Positions 24,298 through 32,669 of a stretch of 64,000 nucleotides of DNA are shown piece after piece. The stretch's first letter is position 1. Each line of letters starts with the position of its first letter. The notes below the pieces were generated by a model that searched no databases, had not been told where the DNA came from, and saw only the letters and a list, made by a program, of their open reading frames with translations. A program made the translations under genes and the position numbers. This stretch comes from Candidatus Evtepia faecavium (lineage in GTDB: Bacteria; Bacillota; Clostridia; Oscillospirales; Oscillospiraceae): contig DXDK01000046.1 of assembly GCA_019115545.1 (NCBI GenBank), positions 39,706 to 103,705 of the forward strand, written 5' to 3'.

Positions 24298-26952
24298 ATG
24301 AAACTGCTGGTGATCGACGGCAACTCCATCGTCAACCGGGCCTATTTTGGGATGCGTCCCCTGACCAACCAGGAGGGCTTTCCCACCCACGCCATCTACG
24401 GCTTTCTGAACATTCTCCGGCGGATGGAGAAGGAGCTGGACCCCGACGGGGTGTGCGTCACCTTCGACCGGAAGGAGCCCACCTTCCGCCACCTGGCCTA
24501 TGCCGGGTACAAGGCCCAGCGGAAGGGCATGCCCGAGGAGCTGGCGGTGCAGCTGCCGGTGCTGAAAGAGGTGCTGGACGCCATGAACATCCCCCGCTAT
24601 GAGCTGGCGGGGTGGGAGGCCGACGACCTCATCGGCACCATCACCCGCCTCGGCGAGCAGGCCGGCTGGGACTGCCGGGTGGCCACCGGGGACCGGGACG
24701 CCCTCCAGCTGGTGAGCGGGCAGACCTACGTGGAGCTGGTCACCACCCGCATGGGCCAGACCACCACCCAGGAGATGGACCCGGCGGCCTTCCGGGCGAC
24801 CTATGGCCTGGAGCCGGAGCGGATGGTGGACCTGAAGGCCCTCATGGGGGACACCTCCGACAACATCCCCGGGGTGCCCGGGGTGGGGGAGAAGACCGCC
24901 CTGGCCCTCCTCCACGAGAACGGCACCCTCCAGGCGGTCTACGACCACCTGGACCAGGAGACCCTGGAGGCCCGGCCGGTGGTGAAGAGGCGCCTGACGG
25001 AGGGGCGGGAGAGCGCCTTCCTCTCCTATGACCTGGTGACCATCCGCCGGGACGCCCCCCTGGACTTCTCCCCGGAGGACGCCCTGCGCAAGCCCGCCAA
25101 CGCCGCCCTGCTGCTGGAGCTCTTCCGGAAGCTGGACTTCCAGCGGATGATCGTCCAGATGGGCCTGGAGGCCCCCGACGGGGCCGCCCCGGCGGAGGAG
25201 ACCTGCCCCGCCCCCCAAATCGTGGAGTGGGTGGACAGCGACCAGCGGGCCCAGGCCCTGCTGGAGCAGTGGCAGGGGCAGACGGTGGGGGTGCTGGCCC
25301 TGCCGGACCTGACCACCCTGGCGGTGAGCTGGGGGGAGAAGGGGGACCAGGTGGCCCTGTTCCGGGAGACCGCCCTGCCGGGGTACCGGGACTTCCTCAA
25401 TGGCCTGCTGGGGGCGGGGATCCCCAAGGTGGGCTACCACATGAAGGACGTGATGCGCCAGGCCTTGGCCCGGGGGCTGCAGGCGGAGGGGTTCGTCTTT
25501 GACGGGGCCATCGCCGCCTATCTCCTGGCGCCCACCGACGGCAGCTATGACCCCGACAAGGTGGGGGCCAAGTACTTTGCCGTGGCCCTGCCCCCGGTGA
25601 AAGACTACCTGGGCGCCAAGGCCTGGCAGGGGGAGGAGAGCGCCCAGAAGGCCGGCCAGGCTCTGGCCGCCCACGCCTGCCTGCTGCCCGCCCTGTACCG
25701 CGCCCTGCCCCCCAAGCTCACGGAGCTGGGCCTGGCCCAGGTGTATGAGCAGGTGGAGCTCCCCCTCTGCCCCGTGCTGGCGGAGATGGAGGAGGCCGGC
25801 GTCCTGGTGGACCAGGACGCCCTGGCCCGCTTCGGCCAGACCCTGAAGACCGGCATCGACGTGCTCCAGGAGGAGATCTGGGCCATGGCGGGGAAGAAGT
25901 TCAACCTCAACTCCACCCAGCAGCTGGGGAAGGTCCTCTTCGAGCGCTTGGGCCTGCCCCCGGTGAAAAAGACCAAGACGGGGTACTCCACCAGTGCCGA
26001 GGTGCTGGAGAAGCTCCGGGACAAGCACCCCATCATCCAGCGGATCCTGGACTACCGGCAGCTGACCAAGCTCAACTCCACCTATGTGGAGGGGCTGGCC
26101 AAGGTCATCGCCCCCGACGGGCGGATCCACACCAGCTTCCAGAACACCGTCACCGCCACCGGGCGGCTGTCCTCCACGGAGCCTAACCTCCAGAACATCC
26201 CCGTGCGCACCGAGCTGGGGGCCCAGATGCGCACCATGTTCATCGCCCGGCCCGGCTGGGTGCTGGTGGACGCCGACTATTCCCAGATCGAGCTGCGGCT
26301 GCTGGCCCACATGGCGGGGGACGAGAAGATGATCGCCGCCTTCCGCTCCGGCCAGGACATCCACGCCCAGACCGCCAGCCAGGTCTTCGGCCTGCCCCCG
26401 GAGGAGGTCACCGGGGAGCTGCGCCGCCGGGCCAAGGCGGTGAACTTCGGCATCGTCTACGGCATCTCCGACTTCTCCCTGGCCCAGGACATCGGGGTGA
26501 GCCGCCAGGAGGCCGCCGACTATATGAACAAGTACCTGAACACCTTCTCCGGCGTCCGGGATTACATGGAACACGTCAAGGAACAGGCCCGGGCCGACGG
26601 GTACGTGGCCACCCTCATGGGCCGCCGCCGGTGGCTGCCGGAGCTGAAGTCCTCCAACTACAACCTCCGGGCCTTCGGGGAGCGGGTGGCCCTGAACATG
26701 CCCATCCAGGGCACCGCAGCCGACGTGATGAAGCTGGCCATGATCCGGGTGGCCCGGCGGCTGAAGGAGGAGGGGCTGCAGGCCCAGCTCATCCTCCAGG
26801 TCCACGACGAACTCATCGTGGAGTGCCCCCAGGAGGAGACCGACCGGGTGAAAACCCTCCTCACCCAGGAGATGGAGGGGGCGGGGGCCTTCTCCGTCCC
26901 CCTGGTGGCGGAGGCCGGGGCCGGCCGCAGCTGGGCCGAGGCCAAGGGCTGA
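24298..26952 (+). CDS. polA: DNA polymerase I
   Basis: MKLLVIDGNSIVNRAYFG is the 5'-3' exonuclease N-terminus. Polymerase motifs DYSQIELR, RRRAKAVNFGIVYG and QVHDEL are present. The track start at 24196 is an upstream extension. Confidence 0.96.
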   Translation: MKLLVIDGNSIVNRAYFGMRPLTNQEGFPTHAIYGFLNILRRMEKELDPDGVCVTFDRKEPTFRHLAYAGYKAQRKGMPEELAVQLPVLKEVLDAMNIPRYELAGWEADDLIGTITRLGEQAGWDCRVATGDRDALQLVSGQTYVELVTTRMGQTTTQEMDPAAFRATYGLEPERMVDLKALMGDTSDNIPGVPGVGEKTALALLHENGTLQAVYDHLDQETLEARPVVKRRLTEGRESAFLSYDLVTIRRDAPLDFSPEDALRKPANAALLLELFRKLDFQRMIVQMGLEAPDGAAPAEETCPAPQIVEWVDSDQRAQALLEQWQGQTVGVLALPDLTTLAVSWGEKGDQVALFRETALPGYRDFLNGLLGAGIPKVGYHMKDVMRQALARGLQAEGFVFDGAIAAYLLAPTDGSYDPDKVGAKYFAVALPPVKDYLGAKAWQGEESAQKAGQALAAHACLLPALYRALPPKLTELGLAQVYEQVELPLCPVLAEMEEAGVLVDQDALARFGQTLKTGIDVLQEEIWAMAGKKFNLNSTQQLGKVLFERLGLPPVKKTKTGYSTSAEVLEKLRDKHPIIQRILDYRQLTKLNSTYVEGLAKVIAPDGRIHTSFQNTVTATGRLSSTEPNLQNIPVRTELGAQMRTMFIARPGWVLVDADYSQIELRLLAHMAGDEKMIAAFRSGQDIHAQTASQVFGLPPEEVTGELRRRAKAVNFGIVYGISDFSLAQDIGVSRQEAADYMNKYLNTFSGVRDYMEHVKEQARADGYVATLMGRRRWLPELKSSNYNLRAFGERVALNMPIQGTAADVMKLAMIRVARRLKEEGLQAQLILQVHDELIVECPQEETDRVKTLLTQEMEGAGAFSVPLVAEAGAGRSWAEAKG

Positions 26953-26970
26953 GGAAAGGAGAGGTGCGCA

Positions 26971-27417
26971 ATGGACTGTAAACTGGTGCCCATGGACCGC
27001 TCCCACCTGGCGGGGGTGGCGGCCCTGGAGCGGCTGTGCTTCGCCGTCCCGTGGACCGAGGCCATGCTGGCCGAGGAGCTCTATAACCCCGCCGCCTCCT
27101 TCATCGTGGCCGAGGGGCCGGAGGGCCAGGTGCTGGGCTACGCCGGCCTGCACGTGGTGCTGGACGAGGGGTACATCGACAACGTGGCCGTCCGTCCCGA
27201 CTGCCGCCGCCAGGGGATCGGGGACCGGCTGCTGGACACCTTCTGCCGCTTCGGCCAGGCCCACCTGGCCTTCCTCTCCCTGGAGGTGCGGCCCTCCAAC
27301 GCCGCCGCCGTGGCCCTGTATGCAAAGCACGGCTTCCAGGAAGAGGGCCGGCGGAAGGACTACTACACCGAACCCAAGGAGGACGCCCTGATCCTCACCC
27401 GGAGGTTCCAGCCATGA
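26971..27417 (+). CDS. rimI: Ribosomal-protein-alanine N-acetyltransferase (GNAT)
   Basis: 148 aa with ...IDNVAVRPDCRRQGIGDRLL...LEVRPSNAAAVALYAKHGF. The sequence is RimI-like and sits near tsaD. Confidence 0.8.
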   Translation: MDCKLVPMDRSHLAGVAALERLCFAVPWTEAMLAEELYNPAASFIVAEGPEGQVLGYAGLHVVLDEGYIDNVAVRPDCRRQGIGDRLLDTFCRFGQAHLAFLSLEVRPSNAAAVALYAKHGFQEEGRRKDYYTEPKEDALILTRRFQP

Positions 27418-28055
27418 GGCTCCGGGCATTGACCCTAGGGGAGCTGGAAACCCTCCACCGCACCCGGATGGGCCAGGACTTCCCCCCGGAGGAGCTCAAG
27501 CCCTTTGCCGCCATGCAGACCCTCTATGAGGCCGGGGCCTACCACCCCATGGGGGCCTGGGAGGGGGAGGACATGGTGGGCTACGCCCTGCTGTGGGAGA
27601 GCCCCGGGACGGGGTACCTCCTTCTGGACTACCTGGGGGTGGAGGCCTCCCGCCGCAACGCCGGCCTGGGGGGCGAGATCCTCCGCCTGCTCCAGGGGGC
27701 CTTCCGGGACCGGAAGGGGATTCTGGTGGAGTCCGAGGCCCCGGAGGGGGACGACCGGGATGCCCTGCGGCAGCGGCGGATGGGATTTTACCGCCGCAAC
27801 GGCTTTGCCTTCCTGCCCTATACCTGCGTCCTCTTCGGGGTGCACTACGCCGTGGCCCTGTGCCCCCCGGCCGAGGGGGGAGGGGAGGCGGCCGTCATGG
27901 AGGCCCACCGGCAAGTCTACCGGGCCCAGCTGGCCCCCTGGGCCTATGAGAAGTTCGTGGAGATCCCCCGGGACCCCCAGCGCGCCGCCGCCCCGGCAGA
28001 GTCCTGGGCGGGGCAGACCAACCTCCCCGGCTTGGGGGAGAGGGAGAAAGGATGA
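27414..28055 (+). CDS. GNAT family N-acetyltransferase
   Basis: 213 aa with LDYLGVEASRRNAGLGGEIL...FYRRNGF. It has an ATGA overlap with rimI. Confidence 0.7.
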   Translation: MRLRALTLGELETLHRTRMGQDFPPEELKPFAAMQTLYEAGAYHPMGAWEGEDMVGYALLWESPGTGYLLLDYLGVEASRRNAGLGGEILRLLQGAFRDRKGILVESEAPEGDDRDALRQRRMGFYRRNGFAFLPYTCVLFGVHYAVALCPPAEGGGEAAVMEAHRQVYRAQLAPWAYEKFVEIPRDPQRAAAPAESWAGQTNLPGLGEREKG

Positions 28056-28061
28056 TGGAGC

Positions 28062-29081
28062 ATGCTGATCTTAGCCGTGGAATCCTCCTGTGACGAGACC
28101 GCCGTGGCCCTGGTGCGGGACGGCCGCACCGTTCTGGCCGACTGCATCGCCTCCTCGGTGGAGATGCACAAGCTCTACGGCGGGGTGGTGCCGGAGATCG
28201 CCTCCCGGAAACACATCGAGGTCATCGCCCAGCTGGCCGACCAGGCCCTGGCACAGGCGGGAGTGTCCCGGCGGGACATCGACGCCGTGGCGGTGACCTA
28301 TGCCCCCGGCCTCATCGGGGCGGTGCTGGTGGGGGTGAGCTTTGCCAAGGCGGTGGCCTGTGCCCTGGGGGTCCCCCTGATCCCCGTCCACCACGTCCGG
28401 GGGCACATCGCCGCCAACTACATCGCCCACCCGGAGCTGGAGCCCCCCTTCGTCTGCCTGTGCGTCTCCGGGGGGACCTCCCTCATCGTGGACGTGCGGG
28501 GCTACACCGACATGGCCATCCTGGGGGGCACCCGGGACGACGCGGCAGGGGAGTGCTTTGACAAGATCGCCCGGGTGATGGGCCTGGGCTACCCCGGCGG
28601 GGCGCCCCTGGACCGGGCCGCCCAGGGGGGGAACGACCAGGCCTTCCCCCTGCCCCGGGTCCACATCGAGGACGCCCCCCTGGACATGTCCTTCTCCGGG
28701 CTGAAGACCGCCATGCTCAACCTCATCCACAAGGCCCAGCAGAAGGGGGAGGCCCTTCCGGTGGCCGACCTGGCCGCCTCCTTCTCCGCCGCGGTGAGCG
28801 ACGAGCTGGTCCCCCGGACCATGGCCGCCGCCCGGCAGACGGGCTACGGCAAAGTGGCGGTGGTGGGGGGCGTGGCCGCCAACTCCCGGATCCGCCGGGA
28901 CCTGGAGGCGGCCTGCCGGCAGGCCGGCTGCACCCTCTACCTGCCCCCCCTGAAGCTCTGCGGGGACAACGGCAGCATGATCGGCAGCCAGGGGTACTAC
29001 GAGTACCTGGCAGGCACCCGGGCGGGGGAGGACCTCAACGGCTACGCCAACCGGGACATCTCCCTGCCCTACGGCGGGTGA
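28062..29081 (+). CDS. tsaD: tRNA N6-adenosine threonylcarbamoyltransferase
   Basis: MLILAVESSCDETAVALV...VHHVRGHI...SGGTSL...GVAANSRIR is the TsaD/Kae1 pattern. Confidence 0.95.
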   Translation: MLILAVESSCDETAVALVRDGRTVLADCIASSVEMHKLYGGVVPEIASRKHIEVIAQLADQALAQAGVSRRDIDAVAVTYAPGLIGAVLVGVSFAKAVACALGVPLIPVHHVRGHIAANYIAHPELEPPFVCLCVSGGTSLIVDVRGYTDMAILGGTRDDAAGECFDKIARVMGLGYPGGAPLDRAAQGGNDQAFPLPRVHIEDAPLDMSFSGLKTAMLNLIHKAQQKGEALPVADLAASFSAAVSDELVPRTMAAARQTGYGKVAVVGGVAANSRIRRDLEAACRQAGCTLYLPPLKLCGDNGSMIGSQGYYEYLAGTRAGEDLNGYANRDISLPYGG

Positions 29082-29233
29082 GGAGGACCTTTTCCACCGG
29101 ATGTGGAAAAGGTAGTGGAAAGTGTGTATAACTGTTTGTAGAACTTTGTCGAAGGAAATGCCGTCCACGGTGGAAAGACACCTTGCAGGACAAGAACTGG
29201 CGGGAGATATACAAACGGTATAGAAAAAATCCC

Positions 29234-29262
29234 TTGACGGACTGCCCCGGCCATGGTACAAT
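29234..29262 (+). promoter_or_regulatory. Putative promoter of tRNA-Thr
   Basis: TTGACG, 17 nt (ending TGG), TACAAT, about 45 nt upstream of the tRNA. Confidence 0.55.
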
Positions 29263-29309
29263 ATGAAACACGTGTTTGCCCCGGCGGCTGGGTTTTTGCC
29301 GGCGGGCGT

Positions 29310-29385
29310 GCTGGAATAGCTCAGTCGGTAGAGCAGCTGATTCGTAATCAGCAGGTCGTCAGTTCAAGTCTGATTTCCAGCTCCA
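29310..29385 (+). tRNA. tRNA-Thr (anticodon CGT)
   Basis: Acceptor GCTGGAA/TTCCAGC, anticodon stem GCTGA/TCAGC, loop TTCGTAA, T-loop TTCAAGT, encoded CCA. Confidence 0.92.
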
Positions 29386-29392
29386 CACGGGG

Positions 29393-29424
29393 AAAAAAGC
29401 AGCTGCGGGGCAGCTGCTTTTTTT
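29393..29424 (+). terminator. Intrinsic terminator after tRNA-Thr
   Basis: AAAAAAGCAGCTG-CGGGG-CAGCTGCTTTTTTT. Confidence 0.8.
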
Positions 29425-29449
29425 CTTGGAAAATCTCGTGTTTTGGGGC

Positions 29450-29477
29450 TTGACAGGGGCGGAAACTGTGGTAAAAT
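29450..29477 (+). promoter_or_regulatory. Putative promoter of psuK-psuG
   Basis: TTGACA, 16 nt (ending TGTGG), TAAAAT. Confidence 0.55.
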
Positions 29478-29522
29478 AAGCGAGCATTTAGAACATAAAC
29501 TTTTGTTTACGGAGGTGAGGGC

Positions 29523-30617
29523 GTGACCCAGCGGGAACAGCAGATCTTGGAGTGGATCCGCCAGGACCCCATGATCTCCCAGGAGGACCTGGCCCAGCGG
29601 GCGGGGATCACCCGCTCCTCGGTGGGGGTGCATATCTCCAACCTGATGAAGAAGGGCTGCATCCTGGGGAAGGGATACATCCTCCCCGACAGCGGCTATG
29701 TGGCCGTGGCCGGGGCGGTGAACGTGGACATCGGCGGCCAGTCCGCCGGCCCCCTGGTGGGGCGGGACTCCAACCCCGGCACCGTCACCGTGAGCATGGG
29801 GGGCGTGGGGCGGAACATCTCCCACAACCTGCGGCTGCTGGGGGTGAAGGTCTCGCTCCTCACCGCCCTGGGGGAGGACCCCCACGCCGGCCAGGTGGCC
29901 GACTCCTGCGAGCGGCTGGGCATCGACCTGAGCCGGGCCCTCCACGTCCCCGGGGGGACCACCTCCACCTATCTCTTCCTCAGCGACGAGACGGGGGACA
30001 TGGCCCTGGCGGTGTCCGACATGGGCATCTACGACGCCCTCACCCCGGAGTATTTCAGCCAGCACCTGGCCTTCCTCAACGGGGCGGCCCTGGTGGTGGC
30101 CGACGCCAACCTCTCCCCGGAGGCCCTGGCCTATCTGGCCCACCACTGCACCGCCCCCCTGCTGGTGGACCCGGTGTCCACGGTGAAGGCGGAGAAGGTC
30201 CGGCCCATCCTGGGCAAGCTCCACACCCTCAAGCCCAACCGGCTGGAGGCGGAGCTGCTCTCCGGGGTGGCCATCACCGACCGGGCCTCCGCCCGCCAGG
30301 CGGCCCAGCGGCTGCTGGCCACGGGGCTGCAGCGGGTGTTCATCTCCCTGGGGGAGGACGGGGTCTTCGCCGCCGACCACACCGAAGACGTTTGCTTCCC
30401 CTGCTGCCCGGCCCAGGTGCGCAGCGCCACCGGCGCGGGGGACGCCTTTGCCGCCGCCCTGGCCTGGGCCTTTCTGGAGGGGAAGTCCCTGGCCGACAGT
30501 GCCCGGGCGGCCAACGCCGCCGCGTCCATCGCGGTGGAAGGAGAAAAAACCATCAATCCCGCCCTGTCCGCCGACGCGGTCCAGCGGCGCATGGAAGAAC
30601 AGGAGGAGCAGATATGA
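29523..30617 (+). CDS. psuK: PfkB-family kinase with N-terminal winged-helix domain (pseudouridine kinase-like)
   Basis: GTG start after GGAGGTGAGG. The N-terminus MTQREQQILEWIRQDPMISQEDLAQRAGITRSSVGVHISNLMKKG is a wHTH. The rest is a ribokinase fold (...TGAGDAF...). It is coupled to psuG. Confidence 0.82.
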   Translation: MTQREQQILEWIRQDPMISQEDLAQRAGITRSSVGVHISNLMKKGCILGKGYILPDSGYVAVAGAVNVDIGGQSAGPLVGRDSNPGTVTVSMGGVGRNISHNLRLLGVKVSLLTALGEDPHAGQVADSCERLGIDLSRALHVPGGTTSTYLFLSDETGDMALAVSDMGIYDALTPEYFSQHLAFLNGAALVVADANLSPEALAYLAHHCTAPLLVDPVSTVKAEKVRPILGKLHTLKPNRLEAELLSGVAITDRASARQAAQRLLATGLQRVFISLGEDGVFAADHTEDVCFPCCPAQVRSATGAGDAFAAALAWAFLEGKSLADSARAANAAASIAVEGEKTINPALSADAVQRRMEEQEEQI

Positions 30618-31531
30618 GCATTCCCTATCTTGACGTCAAGCCCGAGGTGGCCCAGGCCATCGCCCAGGGCAAGCCTGTGGTGGCCCTGGAGTCCACCATC
30701 ATCTCCCACGGCATGCCCTATCCCCAGAACGTGGAGACCGCTCTGAAGGTGGAGGAGATCATCCGGGCCAACGGGGCCATTCCCGCCACCATCGCCATCC
30801 TGGGCGGCCGCCTGAAGGCCGGCCTCACCCCGGAGGAGATCGAATACCTGGGCAAGCAGGGGCAGAAGGTCACCAAGGCCTCCCGCCGGGACCTGTCCGT
30901 CCTGGTGGCCCAGGGGGCCGACGGGGCCACTACCGTGGCCACCACCATGATGATCGCCCACATGGCGGGGATCAAGCTCTTCGCCACCGGGGGCATCGGC
31001 GGGGTCCACCGGGGAGCGGAGACCACCATGGACATCTCCGCCGACCTGGAGGAGCTGGGCCAGACCGACGTGATGGTGGTCTGTGCCGGGGCCAAGGCCA
31101 TCCTGGATCTGAAACTCACCCTGGAGTACCTGGAGACCAAGGGGGTCCCCGTCCTGGGGTACCAGACCGAGGAGCTCCCCGCCTTCTACACCCGCACCTC
31201 CGGCCTGAAGGTGGACTACCGGGTGGACAGCCCCGAGATGCTGGCCAAGGTGCTGAAAACCCAGCACGACCTGGGCCTCCACGGGGGCATCCTGGTGACC
31301 AACCCCATCCCCGAGGCCTACTCCATGGACGCCCAGGCCATCAACGCCGTCATCGACCAGGCCATCGCCGAGGCGGAGGCCAAGGGCATCCACGGCAAGG
31401 AGACCACCCCCTTCCTCCTGGCCAAGGTCAAGGAGATCACCGGAGGGGACAGCCTGGAGGCCAACATCCAGCTGGTCTTCAACAACGCCAAGCTGGCCGC
31501 CCAGACCGCCGCGGCCTATGCCAAGCTGTAA
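30614..31531 (+). CDS. psuG: Pseudouridine-5'-phosphate glycosidase
   Basis: MSIPYLDVKPEVAQAIAQGKPVVALESTIISHGMPYPQN...ATGGIGGVHRG... is the PsuG/IndA family. It has an ATGA overlap with psuK. Confidence 0.95.
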   Translation: MSIPYLDVKPEVAQAIAQGKPVVALESTIISHGMPYPQNVETALKVEEIIRANGAIPATIAILGGRLKAGLTPEEIEYLGKQGQKVTKASRRDLSVLVAQGADGATTVATTMMIAHMAGIKLFATGGIGGVHRGAETTMDISADLEELGQTDVMVVCAGAKAILDLKLTLEYLETKGVPVLGYQTEELPAFYTRTSGLKVDYRVDSPEMLAKVLKTQHDLGLHGGILVTNPIPEAYSMDAQAINAVIDQAIAEAEAKGIHGKETTPFLLAKVKEITGGDSLEANIQLVFNNAKLAAQTAAAYAKL

Positions 31532-31556
31532 GCCCTGCCGTTCCGAAGTAACCGCA

Positions 31557-31604
31557 AAACGCCCCCGCCGGGAAGCCAGCGCTTCCCGGTGGGGGCGTTC
31601 TTTT
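31557..31604. terminator. Bidirectional intrinsic terminator (psuG / lysR)
   Basis: 18-bp stem ACGCCCCCGCCGGGAAGC-CAGC-GCTTCCCGGTGGGGGCGT followed by TCTTTT. Confidence 0.85.
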
Positions 31605-31609
31605 CGGGG

Positions 31610-32509
31610 TCATTCCCCCTCCTGGGTGTTGTTCTGGGGGGTGGAGCGGCGGATGGAGAAGTCGAAGAACCGGTCCACGTTGGCCAGGGGATGGGGCGGC
31701 TTCCGGCGGACGATGTAGAAGTTGCTGGCCGAGACGGGGCTGGTGAGGGCCAGGCGCTTCACGTCCGGCCGGTGGACCGGCGGGGTGTCCAGCAAAACGG
31801 AGATGCCAAACCCCTGGGCCACCAGCTCCAGGATGAAGTCGGCGTCCTCCACCTGGTAGGCGATGTGCCACCGGTCCCGCACCGGGGCGAAGAGGCGGTC
31901 CACCGGGTCCCGCTGGCCGCTGAGCCAGGAGTAGGTCACATGGGGGTAGGGGAGGGTCTCCTCCAGGGTGACGGCCTCCTTTTCCGCCAGGGGATGGTCC
32001 AGGGGGACGGCCACCACCATGGACCGGCGCAGGACAGGGGCGTACTCCAGCTGGGGGTCGCTGAAGATCTTGGAGCAGAAGCCGATGTCCGCCTTTCCCT
32101 CGGTGACCGCCTGGCACACCTGGCTGGACATGCCGGTGGAGAACTCAAAGTCACAGCCGGGGTTGTCCTCCTTGAACTGCCGGCACAGCCGGGTCACCGT
32201 GGGGGCCACCAGGAGGGGGATGGTCTGCACCCGGATGGTGCCCACCCCCTCCTTCAGCATCTGGAAGTTGCGCAGGCAGCTGTCCGCCAGGGCGACGATC
32301 TGCCGGGCCTGGGGGAGCAGGGCCTTCCCGAACCGGCCCAGGGCGATGCCCCGGCCGCTCTTTTGAAAGAGGGTGACCCCCAGCTCCTTTTCCAGGGAGG
32401 CGATGGCGTGGCTCAGGCCGGACTGGGAGATGTTCAGCCGCTGGGCCGCCCGGCTGTAGTGCATCTCCTGGGAGAGGACCAGGAAGTAGCGCAGATGATC
32501 GATGTTCAA
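31610..32509 (-). CDS. LysR-family transcriptional regulator
   Basis: 299 aa: MNIDHLRYFLVLSQEMHYSRAAQRLNISQSGLSHAIASLEKELG (HTH) plus a substrate-binding domain. TTG start after GGGAGGTG. It is divergent from the aminotransferase gene. Confidence 0.92.
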   Translation of the reverse strand: MNIDHLRYFLVLSQEMHYSRAAQRLNISQSGLSHAIASLEKELGVTLFQKSGRGIALGRFGKALLPQARQIVALADSCLRNFQMLKEGVGTIRVQTIPLLVAPTVTRLCRQFKEDNPGCDFEFSTGMSSQVCQAVTEGKADIGFCSKIFSDPQLEYAPVLRRSMVVAVPLDHPLAEKEAVTLEETLPYPHVTYSWLSGQRDPVDRLFAPVRDRWHIAYQVEDADFILELVAQGFGISVLLDTPPVHRPDVKRLALTSPVSASNFYIVRRKPPHPLANVDRFFDFSIRRSTPQNNTQEGE

Positions 32510-32548
32510 AGGTTCACCTCCCTTTTTGGAAACAGTATACCATGACTG

Positions 32549-32613
32549 ATGCGAAAAAGGAATAGGTTCATGGGGTTCTGTGGGTTGATTTCCCGAAAAA
32601 GCCGCGGTTCAAT
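32549..32613 (+). promoter_or_regulatory. Operator box plus weak promoter A (aminotransferase)
   Basis: ATGCGAAAAAGGAATAGGTTCATGGGGTTCTGTGGG, then TTGATT, 17 nt, TTCAAT. Related copies occur at 34041 and 34957. Confidence 0.55.
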
Positions 32614-32669
32614 ACAGTTAAAGCATCCGCCGCCCGGCCCGGGCGGCCTGGAAAAGGAGGAGACCCCCT

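Noticed and set aside
24148-27429. 1093-aa minus-strand ORF covering polA and rimI
   Set aside because: The reasoning is the same: it is antisense to DNA polymerase I, low in complexity and without translation signals.
29090-29110. Inverted repeat TTTTCCAC-CGGAT-GTGGAAAA just after tsaD, considered as a terminator
   Set aside because: The stem is AU-rich and only 8 bp. The T run lies on the 5' side, so it is not a canonical intrinsic terminator on the plus strand. Its function is undetermined.
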